Shown here one piece after another: positions 1 to 8,651 of a stretch of DNA of 64,000 nt. This DNA is from Candidatus Poseidoniaceae archaeon (GTDB lineage: Archaea > Thermoplasmatota > Poseidoniia > Poseidoniales > Poseidoniaceae), in the NCBI GenBank assembly GCA_965662895.1, contig CBFIJH010000001.1:64001-128000 (forward strand), written 5' to 3'. The notes below the pieces were generated by a model that saw only the letters and a program-made list of their open reading frames with translations, did no database searches and was not told the DNA's origin. Position 1 is the stretch's first letter. The number at the start of each line of letters is the position of its first letter. The position numbers were made by a program, and so were the translations under genes.

Positions 1-1
1 T

Positions 2-172
2 GATTTTGATTTAATGATTGATTACTCAAATGCCGGTTCGATTTCAAACGGCTTAGGCGATAATCGAACGGTCTACGCAGAAGGAATCTTTCAATTCTCA
101 GATGGTATCCACATCGTTGAAGCTGAGACAATAAAGACATCTTGCCCTTCAAAATACGAAGAAGAGGCTTGA
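2..172 (+). CDS. ccmE: Cytochrome c maturation heme chaperone CcmE, C-terminal fragment (5' truncated), CxxxY type
   Basis: Hand translation of frame 2: DFDLMIDYSNAGSISNGLGDNRTVYAEGIFQFSDGIHIVEAETIKTSCPSKYEEEA*. V-x-x-EG...A-x-x-I-x-x-x-CPSKY is the CcmE signature of System I* (Cys replacing His). Not in the ORF track. Confidence 0.8.
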   Translation, partial: DFDLMIDYSNAGSISNGLGDNRTVYAEGIFQFSDGIHIVEAETIKTSCPSKYEEEA

Positions 173-224
173 ACTTCCAAAGCGTTTGATTGAAATACAG
201 TCGGTTGCAGGGAGTATCGGGATA

Positions 225-519
225 GGTGGGGAGCTAGGCGTACCCTGTACCACAAATCGTCTTCATGGTGGGCTGAATGCCTTGGGGCGGCGAAAGCGGC
301 TCATAGGTTCCTGCATGCGGACGTCGATGTCTCGCCCCCACATGATCCAGGTGTTGGGAACCGTTTCCGGAGGGAAACGGGAACCAAATAACCGGGGGAA
401 CAGGTCAGGCCGGGAACGGAGCATCCCTACCTGGGGCCATGGGTGCTGTGGGGATTCGGGACGGAGGAAGTGTGTAGATACGGCCTGTGGGTACGAGCGT
501 CCACCCAAGGATTCCCACC
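225..519 (+). ncRNA. ffs: Archaeal signal recognition particle (7S) RNA
   Basis: GC-rich ~295 nt. Ends pair (GGTGGGGA / TTCCCACC); Alu-like CCCTGTAC; helix 6 CCGTTTCC-GGAG-GGAAACGG (361-380); helix 8 CAGG-CCG-GGAA-CGG-AGCA SRP54-binding motif. Confidence 0.92.
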
Positions 520-520
520 T

Positions 521-1006
521 TCAGATGTCGAATACGACATCGCTGTACCAACCTGGGCCCTCGAATGTTGGTACTTCAACCCAGGGCGAACGCAGAACTT
601 GTCCGTCTGAAATCTCGGAAACACAGAGGTCTTGTCGGGTGACTGCCTTGATTTCTACCTCTCTTTTGATGTGACCTGAATCTACCCATCGAACGTGAGC
701 CTCAAGAATTAAGGCTGAATCCGTTGCATGAATCTTTACCGTACAATCGACCAACCATTTCTCCTCAACCTGGTCCATGTAGAGTATTTCTTCGAGCCAT
801 TTGATGAGAAGTAATCCATTTGCATCATCATGCAATGGAACGTGAACATTCCAAACTGCTGAATGTTGGATTGCATCTGAGTCGACCTGCTCTTCCAAGA
901 GATAGTTTTGCATTCCAAATGCAGTTTCCTCAAAAAGTCTTGACTTCGTTGCAGCAAAGGAACGTAAACCAATATCTGCTGTTGTAGGCCTTGGCCACGA
1001 ACTCAT
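521..1006 (-). CDS. Archease (RtcB tRNA-ligase cofactor)
   Basis: Likely start MSSWPRPTTADIG; TAD motif, LLIKWLEEILY, EIKAVT and C-terminal VVFDI are typical of archease. Confidence 0.85.
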   Translation of the reverse strand: MSSWPRPTTADIGLRSFAATKSRLFEETAFGMQNYLLEEQVDSDAIQHSAVWNVHVPLHDDANGLLLIKWLEEILYMDQVEEKWLVDCTVKIHATDSALILEAHVRWVDSGHIKREVEIKAVTRQDLCVSEISDGQVLRSPWVEVPTFEGPGWYSDVVFDI

Positions 1007-1016
1007 TGAACTCGCC

Positions 1017-2084
1017 TCATCGCTTTGAAACTTGCAACGACCATGCAATTTCGCCGATTCGGTCAACCATATCGTCCAAACGAAGAACGAATCGATCGGT
1101 TCGATCGGCATTGAGAATGCACTCGCTTGCAGCGTTTGCGAGTTGAGCCGTTTCTTCAACAGAAAGTTCGAGTGTAATCGCAGTTGCGACTGCGACTGCT
1201 GCAGCATCAATCAAACCAATCATTTGTCGAATATCCTCAAGCATACATTGAACGTGCACCGTATCCTCTTCTCGTGAATGAATCGTAACACCATCTTGAC
1301 CCTCAAGAATCAAAAGGTGCTTCCAATCATTCGTTTCGAGAAGCATGGTCGCTGCTTCTGCACCCGTTGTGGCACCCAAGCGTCGCCGCATAAGTTCCAA
1401 TCCCTTGGATTGAAACAAAACCCAGTCAACACCTTGCGTCCGATGCAATCCTGTGAGTTTTGGATCAGCAATGATCGGGACATCATGTTGTTTTGCAGCC
1501 GTAATGAGGCGTTCGGCACCAGCATCGTCCAAAACACCGAGACCGTAATCGGACAATATCAAACAAGATGAACCAGGAATTGCCTCGATGGTACGGTCAA
1601 TGAGGGCTTCCAAAGCAGGGGATGGGATTGGCTCATCATCTTCAATATCCCAGCGCAACAAGAGTTGTTCGCCTTTGATCAAACCTTCTCTTGCACCCAA
1701 AAGCCGTGTTTTCACCGTTGTCGTTCGACCTTCGAGCACAGCGATACCAGATGTTTTCACGCCTTCTTCTTCAAGCATCTCCAATACTGCAAGCCCTGAA
1801 TCATCATTGCCAACTATTCCATGAAGTTGACTTTTCAATCCAAGAGAATCGAGACCCCGTGCGACGTGTGCAGCCGCTCCGACATCAACATCTCTTGAGA
1901 TCTCTTTAAGCACGGGAACTGGGGCACGAGAATTTAGATTATTTGCGAAACCATGAATGTAGCAATCCATCATGATGTCGCCTACGAGAAGAACTTTTGA
2001 TGGTTCCAATGTTTTCAATCCTCGTTCTAATTTTTTTAAATCGTCATAGACTTTAGCGTCGCTGTCACTCATTCCCATCTTCAT
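1017..2084 (-). CDS. PfkB/ribokinase-family protein resembling the RfaE/HldE kinase domain, with a degenerate catalytic motif
   Basis: VLLVGDIMMDCYIHG...APVPV, GAAAHVA, GIVGND, TTVKTR, LILSDYGLG, IADPK; C-terminal MIGLIDAA instead of VTGAGDT. Confidence 0.75.
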   Translation of the reverse strand: MKMGMSDSDAKVYDDLKKLERGLKTLEPSKVLLVGDIMMDCYIHGFANNLNSRAPVPVLKEISRDVDVGAAAHVARGLDSLGLKSQLHGIVGNDDSGLAVLEMLEEEGVKTSGIAVLEGRTTTVKTRLLGAREGLIKGEQLLLRWDIEDDEPIPSPALEALIDRTIEAIPGSSCLILSDYGLGVLDDAGAERLITAAKQHDVPIIADPKLTGLHRTQGVDWVLFQSKGLELMRRRLGATTGAEAATMLLETNDWKHLLILEGQDGVTIHSREEDTVHVQCMLEDIRQMIGLIDAAAVAVATAITLELSVEETAQLANAASECILNADRTDRFVLRLDDMVDRIGEIAWSLQVSKR

Positions 2085-3043
2085 CCCTCGATACCATCTT
2101 GTAATTTTGCTAGAAGCATTGCATGCTCTGTATCCGTCACTCCAGTTTTTTCTCGCAGCGTTTCAAGCATTGCTGATTCATCATTCGTAATGATACCATC
2201 AATGAGGGCTGTCTTCAAAACAGACTGGTACGCTTCGAGTTCTGGAGATATGTACGGTTCAGTTTGTGCTTTTCGAAGAATTCGTTTATGTGTCTCTTTA
2301 TCAATGTCAAAAGCGATTTGTACAGTTTTGAGCAAGGCTTCCTCTTCTTCATGTATCACGCCATCAACCAGTGCTTGGCGCAACATTTCGAGATAAATCT
2401 CCTCTGGAGGTGGAACGTCGATTTCGCGACGTGCTTCATTGGATAATCTTCGAACCCGATCAGGATGCATTCCCAAAAAGTCGACCACCTCATTGAGGAG
2501 AAGTTGTTCGTCCTTTGTAATTCGTCCATCTTGCCAAGCACGAGCAAACAATCGACGGACCAGCGCTTCTCCAGCTTGGGCGTCGAGCGAGGCTGAGCCT
2601 TCTGGATGAGAAACCGGTGACATGACGGGTTCGTGATGAACGACCATGTGTTCATCAATGTGGGCAAGAGTTTCCAACGTATCCTGTGCGGATGTAAAAA
2701 TGGAATCCAATAATACAGTTTGACCGTCTTTCTGCACGGGTGTTGATTTAATCTTGTTGAGTAAGGATTGGGCTCGTTCCCTGCCGATAGCGGTGAGTGA
2801 GTACACCCGTCTGCGTTGACGTGCACCAGGTACATGTCGGCTCGTTGTGCTGAGGAATTCTTTCGATTCGAGTCGTTTCAACGTACGTGGTACGTGCTTC
2901 CTTTGGACGTGGACAGCTGCGGATATTCCAGCTTGTGTGAGTTCCATTGGTGCCTCCCAGTTGCTCTCCGGTAGACGATGATTGAGAAGATGAAGAAGTG
3001 TCCTTTCTTCCGTGGTAAGTGTTCCTAAGAACCCGCTAACCAT
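2081..3043 (-). CDS. Winged-helix protein with three TerB-like repeats
   Basis: N-terminal wHTH (TQAGISAAV...RTLKRL...VYSLTAIG); repeats AWQDGRITKDEQLLL, ALVDGVIHEEEEALL, ALIDGIITNDESAML. Confidence 0.65.
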   Translation of the reverse strand: MVSGFLGTLTTEERTLLHLLNHRLPESNWEAPMELTQAGISAAVHVQRKHVPRTLKRLESKEFLSTTSRHVPGARQRRRVYSLTAIGRERAQSLLNKIKSTPVQKDGQTVLLDSIFTSAQDTLETLAHIDEHMVVHHEPVMSPVSHPEGSASLDAQAGEALVRRLFARAWQDGRITKDEQLLLNEVVDFLGMHPDRVRRLSNEARREIDVPPPEEIYLEMLRQALVDGVIHEEEEALLKTVQIAFDIDKETHKRILRKAQTEPYISPELEAYQSVLKTALIDGIITNDESAMLETLREKTGVTDTEHAMLLAKLQDGIEG

Positions 3044-3131
3044 AGTGCTCCCCGGTTGTTATGTTCCAGTGGTAGTCCTTAGGACAATCGGTCATCGACG
3101 CAACAATATGCAGGGTATTCTTCGTCATAAC

Positions 3132-4241
3132 ATGGTCCGGCAGCGACGGAAGTTCAAGCCTAGGACACGAACAACGCGAAGTTTAGATTCAAACTTAATC
3201 GGTGAGCGTGATGTTCAAAAGATTCAACCTCCAGTCAGAGAAGGAAATTTTTGGCTTGTTCCGCCCCCACTTTCAATCCGATTGTACGAAAAAAGTGCAC
3301 TCGGTTTTCGCCTTGAGGATGGTTCGATCTTATTGACGGCATCAGAAGTACTGTTCTGTCACTGGCATCGACACTTACCGCTTCCTGATGAACAATGGCT
3401 TGAATCGGAGCTCGAGGTCAACCCACGTCTCATCTATGAGGCCATTATCATGGATGTGGGACGGAACGGCGGTGAAATGATTGTTCCATCGCACCATCGT
3501 CCAGAAACCGAACAACTCGAATGGGGAATTCGATGGCATCGGGATCGAAATCACTTGAAAGACAACTATCAGTCATCGGTATCGATTGCAACAACGCACG
3601 ATAAGCTCGATTGGAAATTACTTCTTGAATGGTGTAAAAAGTCCAATGCGCTAGGTGTCGATACTGAGTTGTTTGTGATTGATGATGAACTTGACGTAAC
3701 AATGTACCGAGTAGACCTTATTCAACCCAAAGGAGACTTACCTTCATGGAATGCATTTTCTGAACACGAGAAACAGGAATTCCTCCAATTATGGTCCAGC
3801 AGAACTCGGACAGAGAATGGTAGTTACATTCGCCATTCATCCAAATGGGATTGGGACCAGATCGGAATCGAGCATTTGTCTGGTCGAGTTCTCCGTTTCG
3901 AGGAAGACGCCTATATCCAGCAGATGATCTCAAAGCAAGTTGAACCTACAAGTGATTCTCGCCTCATGCACGACCTCTTCAATCGTGGATTGTTGTTGCG
4001 TCCTGGCTTCAAATATGGGTGTCGGTGGAGAGTCTACGATGGTGATTTAAACGAATCCCACGCCCCATGGCTTGTTCAACCAATGGATGAAACAGCCAAT
4101 ACGTGGGAAGGTGTTTGTTTGAGTGTTCGGCTCGCTGAAGGCGTTCACAAGCAATGGGTCTGTGCTTTGCCAGATGATAAGGAGTGGAAGTATCTACGAA
4201 TTCAGAGGTGGTTGCCGGGGAAGAACTCCTCGTCCGATTGA
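3132..4241 (+). CDS. endA: tRNA-intron (splicing) endonuclease
   Basis: C-terminal catalytic unit RPGFKYGCRWRVY...HAPWLV...VRLAEGVHK (Tyr/His/Lys triad); length fits a two-unit type. Start uncertain (3108 or 3132). Confidence 0.85.
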   Translation: MVRQRRKFKPRTRTTRSLDSNLIGERDVQKIQPPVREGNFWLVPPPLSIRLYEKSALGFRLEDGSILLTASEVLFCHWHRHLPLPDEQWLESELEVNPRLIYEAIIMDVGRNGGEMIVPSHHRPETEQLEWGIRWHRDRNHLKDNYQSSVSIATTHDKLDWKLLLEWCKKSNALGVDTELFVIDDELDVTMYRVDLIQPKGDLPSWNAFSEHEKQEFLQLWSSRTRTENGSYIRHSSKWDWDQIGIEHLSGRVLRFEEDAYIQQMISKQVEPTSDSRLMHDLFNRGLLLRPGFKYGCRWRVYDGDLNESHAPWLVQPMDETANTWEGVCLSVRLAEGVHKQWVCALPDDKEWKYLRIQRWLPGKNSSSD

Positions 4242-6265
4242 ACTGGGTCTTCCCGTTCGTCCTTTGGTTTGCTCCCTCTCGAAAATACAGATGCTGCAAA
4301 CCAAACTGCGAAGAGAAGGAAAAAGGTGGTCAAGACAAATGCTTGATTTCCGATGAACTGAAATCCGTCGTTTTCTGTTGCTTTTAATTCAACACCGATT
4401 TCCCAGATTTCACCATTGAATGATTCGACGTGTATCGTGCCCAGAACATACATGTTTTCTTGCAGCAATCCATTCGGTTCGATTTGTAATGTGATGGCCC
4501 CATTTCCATCCTCAATTTCAAGGATCGAATCGGATGTTGCTATTCTCGACAAAGGCCCTTCGATCTCAATTTTGAAGGTCCCAGACCCATTTCCAAATCC
4601 AGTGTAGGGCAGATGCAATGTCGATTGTTCGTTGACGTGGATTGTGTCGACAAGCCTCATATTCCTTGCATCGGGAATTGTTCCGACGGTCGATACCGTC
4701 GTTGTTACGTTGAATTCATCTGAGTTGCAGTTCAAAATACCAGAGAAAGTGGCCGTTGAATCAAGGATTCCCAAGGATGAAAACTCTCCAAAATGCAGTG
4801 AACCTTCGTTTGAATTATTTTGGAACTGGAGCGTACGCCCATCCGAGCCATCGAGGGTTCCCCAACACTGGACTTGCTCACCAATCTCCGAAGTTTCAAG
4901 GGTGATTTGTTCTCCCTGCAAGACCGTTGATCCAAAATTCTCGAGGTTAACGTCAATCGTTGGTGAACATTTCAACGAATGAAACTCGATTTTCCATTGT
5001 TCATTAACTTCAACAATACGTGCATACCAGGGGACAAGAATCCCGTCATGGTCTCGTATTTCCACACCCCGTTCCCCGAATTCATCACCGGGTTGAAACA
5101 AGTCGGATGGAACACCATCATTGATGCCTTTCAATTGATCCTGATTTCCATCAGCTTCTATGGTTTGCAGGTACGGTCGACGTTGATCAATGTTCAAGGC
5201 ATTCTGGACAGAATCTCCAACAGACCAATCTTCCATCAAAACAAGGACGCCTGAACCAGGAAGCGATTGATCAAATCCTTGTTGGGTTCGTTTTTCAATC
5301 CAAATGAATTCATTTTCAGAAACTTGAATGCGTAAACGATCACCGCCAATCGCTCGAGATTCCAAGTCAATCGTCGGACCAATACATGGACTGAGGGAGT
5401 CGGTTGGCCATACAAGGTCGATTTCTCTTGTTGGAGGATGACCAATCGCTGCCATACTCGGACCGGTTGGGAGCGAGGGCGTATTCCCTCCACCGTTCCA
5501 ATTTCCACTCGCCATGATATCCCATACTCCTATCCCCTTCCAAGCGCCAGAATATCCTGAGTCGTGAACGGGATAAAGGTCGAAGGCGCCAAACTGGTGC
5601 AGCATCTCATGCAGCATTGTTCCAAGCCCGTTTTGCCCATGTCGCATCGATGTCATTGTGTAATGCTCGAAATAAGAATCATCTTTGCTGATTGGTTCTC
5701 TGAATGACGTAAAATGTGACCAAATCCTGTCCGAGGATCCAGACCCTTGCTCTTGTGCTTGGGTTGAATGAAGGATTAGAAATCGATCGACAACGCCATC
5801 ATCGTTCAAGTCGTAATCCTCCAACGAGTCGGTTTGAAGGGTTTGGATAACAAACTCTGCAAGTTGAGCAGGAAGAAATTCAGTACCTTCGCCATAATCC
5901 CTCCCACTTGGTCCATCGGCACCATATGCTGAAACCGGTTTTGGTGCTGTGAGTATATCTTCGTAAACATCAACGGACAATATCACGTTCTTTCCTGTCG
6001 CTTCTGAGAGATATTCTTGAGCGTATTCTTCAAGTTCATTTCTGATTGAATTCGTTACGCTATCCTCCAATGGATTCGATTCAAAATCAACTAGGACGAC
6101 CAACCAAGATTCATTGAGCTGCAAACCAACCAACGGAGCTGAATTTTCCTGAGGTTCCTCTACCGAAATCACAAAGAATTCATTGATGTCTTCAGAAAAA
6201 AGATGCGAAAACATCGCTAGAGTAAGGCAGAGGACCATTCCGATGGCGTGACCCATTTTGCCCAT
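4202..6265 (-). CDS. M6-family (immune inhibitor A-like) metalloprotease, membrane-anchored at both ends
   Basis: VVLVDFE, YDLNDDGVVDRFLILH, IWSH, HEMLH zinc motif with GAFDLY, WDIMASGNW, FDQSLPGSGVLV; N- and C-terminal hydrophobic helices. Confidence 0.88.
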   Translation of the reverse strand: MGKMGHAIGMVLCLTLAMFSHLFSEDINEFFVISVEEPQENSAPLVGLQLNESWLVVLVDFESNPLEDSVTNSIRNELEEYAQEYLSEATGKNVILSVDVYEDILTAPKPVSAYGADGPSGRDYGEGTEFLPAQLAEFVIQTLQTDSLEDYDLNDDGVVDRFLILHSTQAQEQGSGSSDRIWSHFTSFREPISKDDSYFEHYTMTSMRHGQNGLGTMLHEMLHQFGAFDLYPVHDSGYSGAWKGIGVWDIMASGNWNGGGNTPSLPTGPSMAAIGHPPTREIDLVWPTDSLSPCIGPTIDLESRAIGGDRLRIQVSENEFIWIEKRTQQGFDQSLPGSGVLVLMEDWSVGDSVQNALNIDQRRPYLQTIEADGNQDQLKGINDGVPSDLFQPGDEFGERGVEIRDHDGILVPWYARIVEVNEQWKIEFHSLKCSPTIDVNLENFGSTVLQGEQITLETSEIGEQVQCWGTLDGSDGRTLQFQNNSNEGSLHFGEFSSLGILDSTATFSGILNCNSDEFNVTTTVSTVGTIPDARNMRLVDTIHVNEQSTLHLPYTGFGNGSGTFKIEIEGPLSRIATSDSILEIEDGNGAITLQIEPNGLLQENMYVLGTIHVESFNGEIWEIGVELKATENDGFQFIGNQAFVLTTFFLLFAVWFAASVFSRGSKPKDEREDPVQSDEEFFPGNHL

Positions 6266-6324
6266 ATTGGTCTCACATCCTTGCATCGTTTCAATTGTTG
6301 GGTGTGGTTGTACCTACGAACTGC

Positions 6325-7614
6325 TCAATGTATGAAATGATCAATCTCTTCCTCAGTCCAATCTTCAACGGATATTCGAAGACCTCCTTTGGTCGCCTCT
6401 GGCCATGTTCGGGTACGCACTGGAACAATCTGATCGATGGTTGATTGTCTCAGTTTCTCATTCAACGTATTCATCCTTTGTTGCCACGACCATGGATCGG
6501 TCAGATTTGTGAGTTGTATGTTGACTTCATCTTTCAATTGTTCCTGATCCTTGGGAATTGCACCTTGCAACTCAAGGAGATTCAATCCACGTAGTGTACA
6601 ATTGACTGAACCAAGTGTGTCGCGATACTGTATCGGTAATGGTGAACCATCGCAACCACCAATGACGACATCGGTGAGTTTGAATCGTGAAATAGAATCT
6701 ATGAGATGGTCACGTTCATCGATGTTATCACACAATGAGCGATATCTGAGTAAACCGGTGTTCTCAGGAGATGTATCGATTGGATAGGCAACGCCTTGAC
6801 AAGAACAATCGATGTATGTGACGAATCGCCTTCGTCCCTCATGATCAAAGATTGCGTTTGGACTGAGAATGTTGTAGGATTTTCTCGTACTTTTCTGTAT
6901 TGAAAATTCCAACATAATGAGCATAACACTTAGCAGCATGATATTCATGCCATTCCAACGTCCTGGTAAGGAGAGAAGGAGTACTAATCCTCCAAAACCA
7001 AGGATTCTCACCCTCCACCAGTCTTGATTGTTTTCTGTGATCAACCGAAGAGCACCGGCTGTAATCGTCGCAAGTGCGAGTAAATATGTAACGAGAATCG
7101 CCCAAAAAAGAGAAAGTGCAAACGTAAACAGTGAGATTCCATCGTATTGGGAGGTCAATCCGACATCGGTATGAATTTGATCGCCGAAGTAATACAGCCG
7201 TGGTATCAGTACTACGAACATGGCAACCAATGTTGCATACCCAAGAAAAGTGGTTGACATCAACCAACGCTTGAGCATTCTTCTCTCACTTTGTGTAAGT
7301 CCATGGTGAGCAAATCTGTAAAGTGAAGAGAGGGCAAAAGGTAGTATTGACAAGATCGACAAAAATACTGCGGAGAGCCATCGTACAGCACTCCAAGATG
7401 CAGGCTCGTACAATGCCAAGCAAGATGAATCGTTGCAAGGACTCAAGTGTTCGAGAAGTCGTTGCAAAATGTAATCAATTCTCGTGATGAATAAAATTGA
7501 CAACAAACCAACCATCACAAAATACAGTGTTGCTTTTTGTGTAAGGGCATCGAAGTGATCCTGAATTGGTAAGGAGGTGTCTTGTTCGAGATGCAATCCT
7601 CCTGCTCGATTCAA
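6325..7614 (-). CDS. tatC: TatC-like membrane protein fused to a C-terminal Cys-containing (HdrA-N-like) domain
   Basis: PIQDHFDAL, LYEP and YRFAHHGLTQSERR resemble TatC motifs; ~6 TM helices; tail DCSCQG...SLCD...VVIGGC. TTG start preceded by GGGAG. Confidence 0.65.
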   Translation of the reverse strand: MNRAGGLHLEQDTSLPIQDHFDALTQKATLYFVMVGLLSILFITRIDYILQRLLEHLSPCNDSSCLALYEPASWSAVRWLSAVFLSILSILPFALSSLYRFAHHGLTQSERRMLKRWLMSTTFLGYATLVAMFVVLIPRLYYFGDQIHTDVGLTSQYDGISLFTFALSLFWAILVTYLLALATITAGALRLITENNQDWWRVRILGFGGLVLLLSLPGRWNGMNIMLLSVMLIMLEFSIQKSTRKSYNILSPNAIFDHEGRRRFVTYIDCSCQGVAYPIDTSPENTGLLRYRSLCDNIDERDHLIDSISRFKLTDVVIGGCDGSPLPIQYRDTLGSVNCTLRGLNLLELQGAIPKDQEQLKDEVNIQLTNLTDPWSWQQRMNTLNEKLRQSTIDQIVPVRTRTWPEATKGGLRISVEDWTEEEIDHFIH

Positions 7615-7623
7615 TTGACTCCC

Positions 7624-8589
7624 TCACACCAAATCATGGTGTTCAGGATCTGCTCGTGCCTGGACGATTGTTCGATAAACACCAAACAATCCCCAAAGTG
7701 CGAGCATACCCAAGACGAGAGCATAGCCCCATGGTTGGCCATCATCGACCGCCCATCCGAAAACAAGCAAGGTAGAAATTGTCAACAATCCTCTTCGAAT
7801 TCCTTGAGGGACTGCAAGTCGCATATCGAGATGTTTTGGACCTCCACCAAACCGGCGCTCGTAAAACTCCCCTTGGACGACAGCTCCAACTAGAATAATG
7901 GATAATGTTGTCCAATAGAAGAGGTTTCCATTGGTGAAGAAGTCATCTGCAATCTCTGCTTGCCGTTTTGCTTCGAGTGCTTCAGGGTCTTCCACTGCGA
8001 CGAACAGGGACTCAAAATCGCCTACGCTAATCGTCCGCAATGCAAGGTTTTCTTCATCGTCGTTTGTCATTGATTCTGGAGATGATATAAAGAATGACAA
8101 GAGATTCCAGTTATCTCCTTCATTTGCACCTCCGACACCATCGACAGCATTTCCTGCAAGTGAGAATGAAATGTCACCTACATCACTCGATGGAGCGGTC
8201 CAAGTGACAACCCAATCGTTGCTCGGTGCGCTTTGCGACACTGCGCCTGGCTCTGAGCCATCCGTATCAGTAACAATTTGGGTTCCTTCGCCTGCCGTGA
8301 AGGTTCCAACGCCGTAATCTGTCAGTAGGAAGCCACCATTTTCGTAGGAGGCATGTTGCAAATTAATGGTAAATTCGTAGGACTCGCCAACTGTATAGGC
8401 TCGTGGAACTCCTGATATTGAAACAACAACGTCGTTGGAGGGAACACCATCGCCGTGGCATGTACATCCCGTCTCAACGGTTAATCCACCGTTGATCGGG
8501 TTGACCCATGGTGGGCCGTTTGGATTGGCAACCGCTGGTGCAAGGAGACAAACCGAGAGCAGCAAAATCAGAAGCGTTCTCGACTTCAT
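7624..8589 (-). CDS. Exported Reeler-like (choice-of-anchor V-like) protein with a CxCH motif and C-terminal TM helices
   Basis: Signal peptide, GCTCHG, GVPRAYTVGESYEFTI, WTAPSSDVGDISFSLAGNAVDG, three C-terminal hydrophobic segments. Confidence 0.65.
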   Translation of the reverse strand: MKSRTLLILLLSVCLLAPAVANPNGPPWVNPINGGLTVETGCTCHGDGVPSNDVVVSISGVPRAYTVGESYEFTINLQHASYENGGFLLTDYGVGTFTAGEGTQIVTDTDGSEPGAVSQSAPSNDWVVTWTAPSSDVGDISFSLAGNAVDGVGGANEGDNWNLLSFFISSPESMTNDDEENLALRTISVGDFESLFVAVEDPEALEAKRQAEIADDFFTNGNLFYWTTLSIILVGAVVQGEFYERRFGGGPKHLDMRLAVPQGIRRGLLTISTLLVFGWAVDDGQPWGYALVLGMLALWGLFGVYRTIVQARADPEHHDLV

Positions 8590-8651
8590 TTCATCCCCTC
8601 AATTAAACCCAACTCGAATCATCCTTTCAACGTTCCTTCAAGACCACGTAT

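Noticed and set aside
186-674. ORFs 186..674(+), 263..508(-) and 427..624(-)
   Set aside because: They overlap the SRP RNA or archease, have no protein motifs, and are explained by GC-rich structured RNA.
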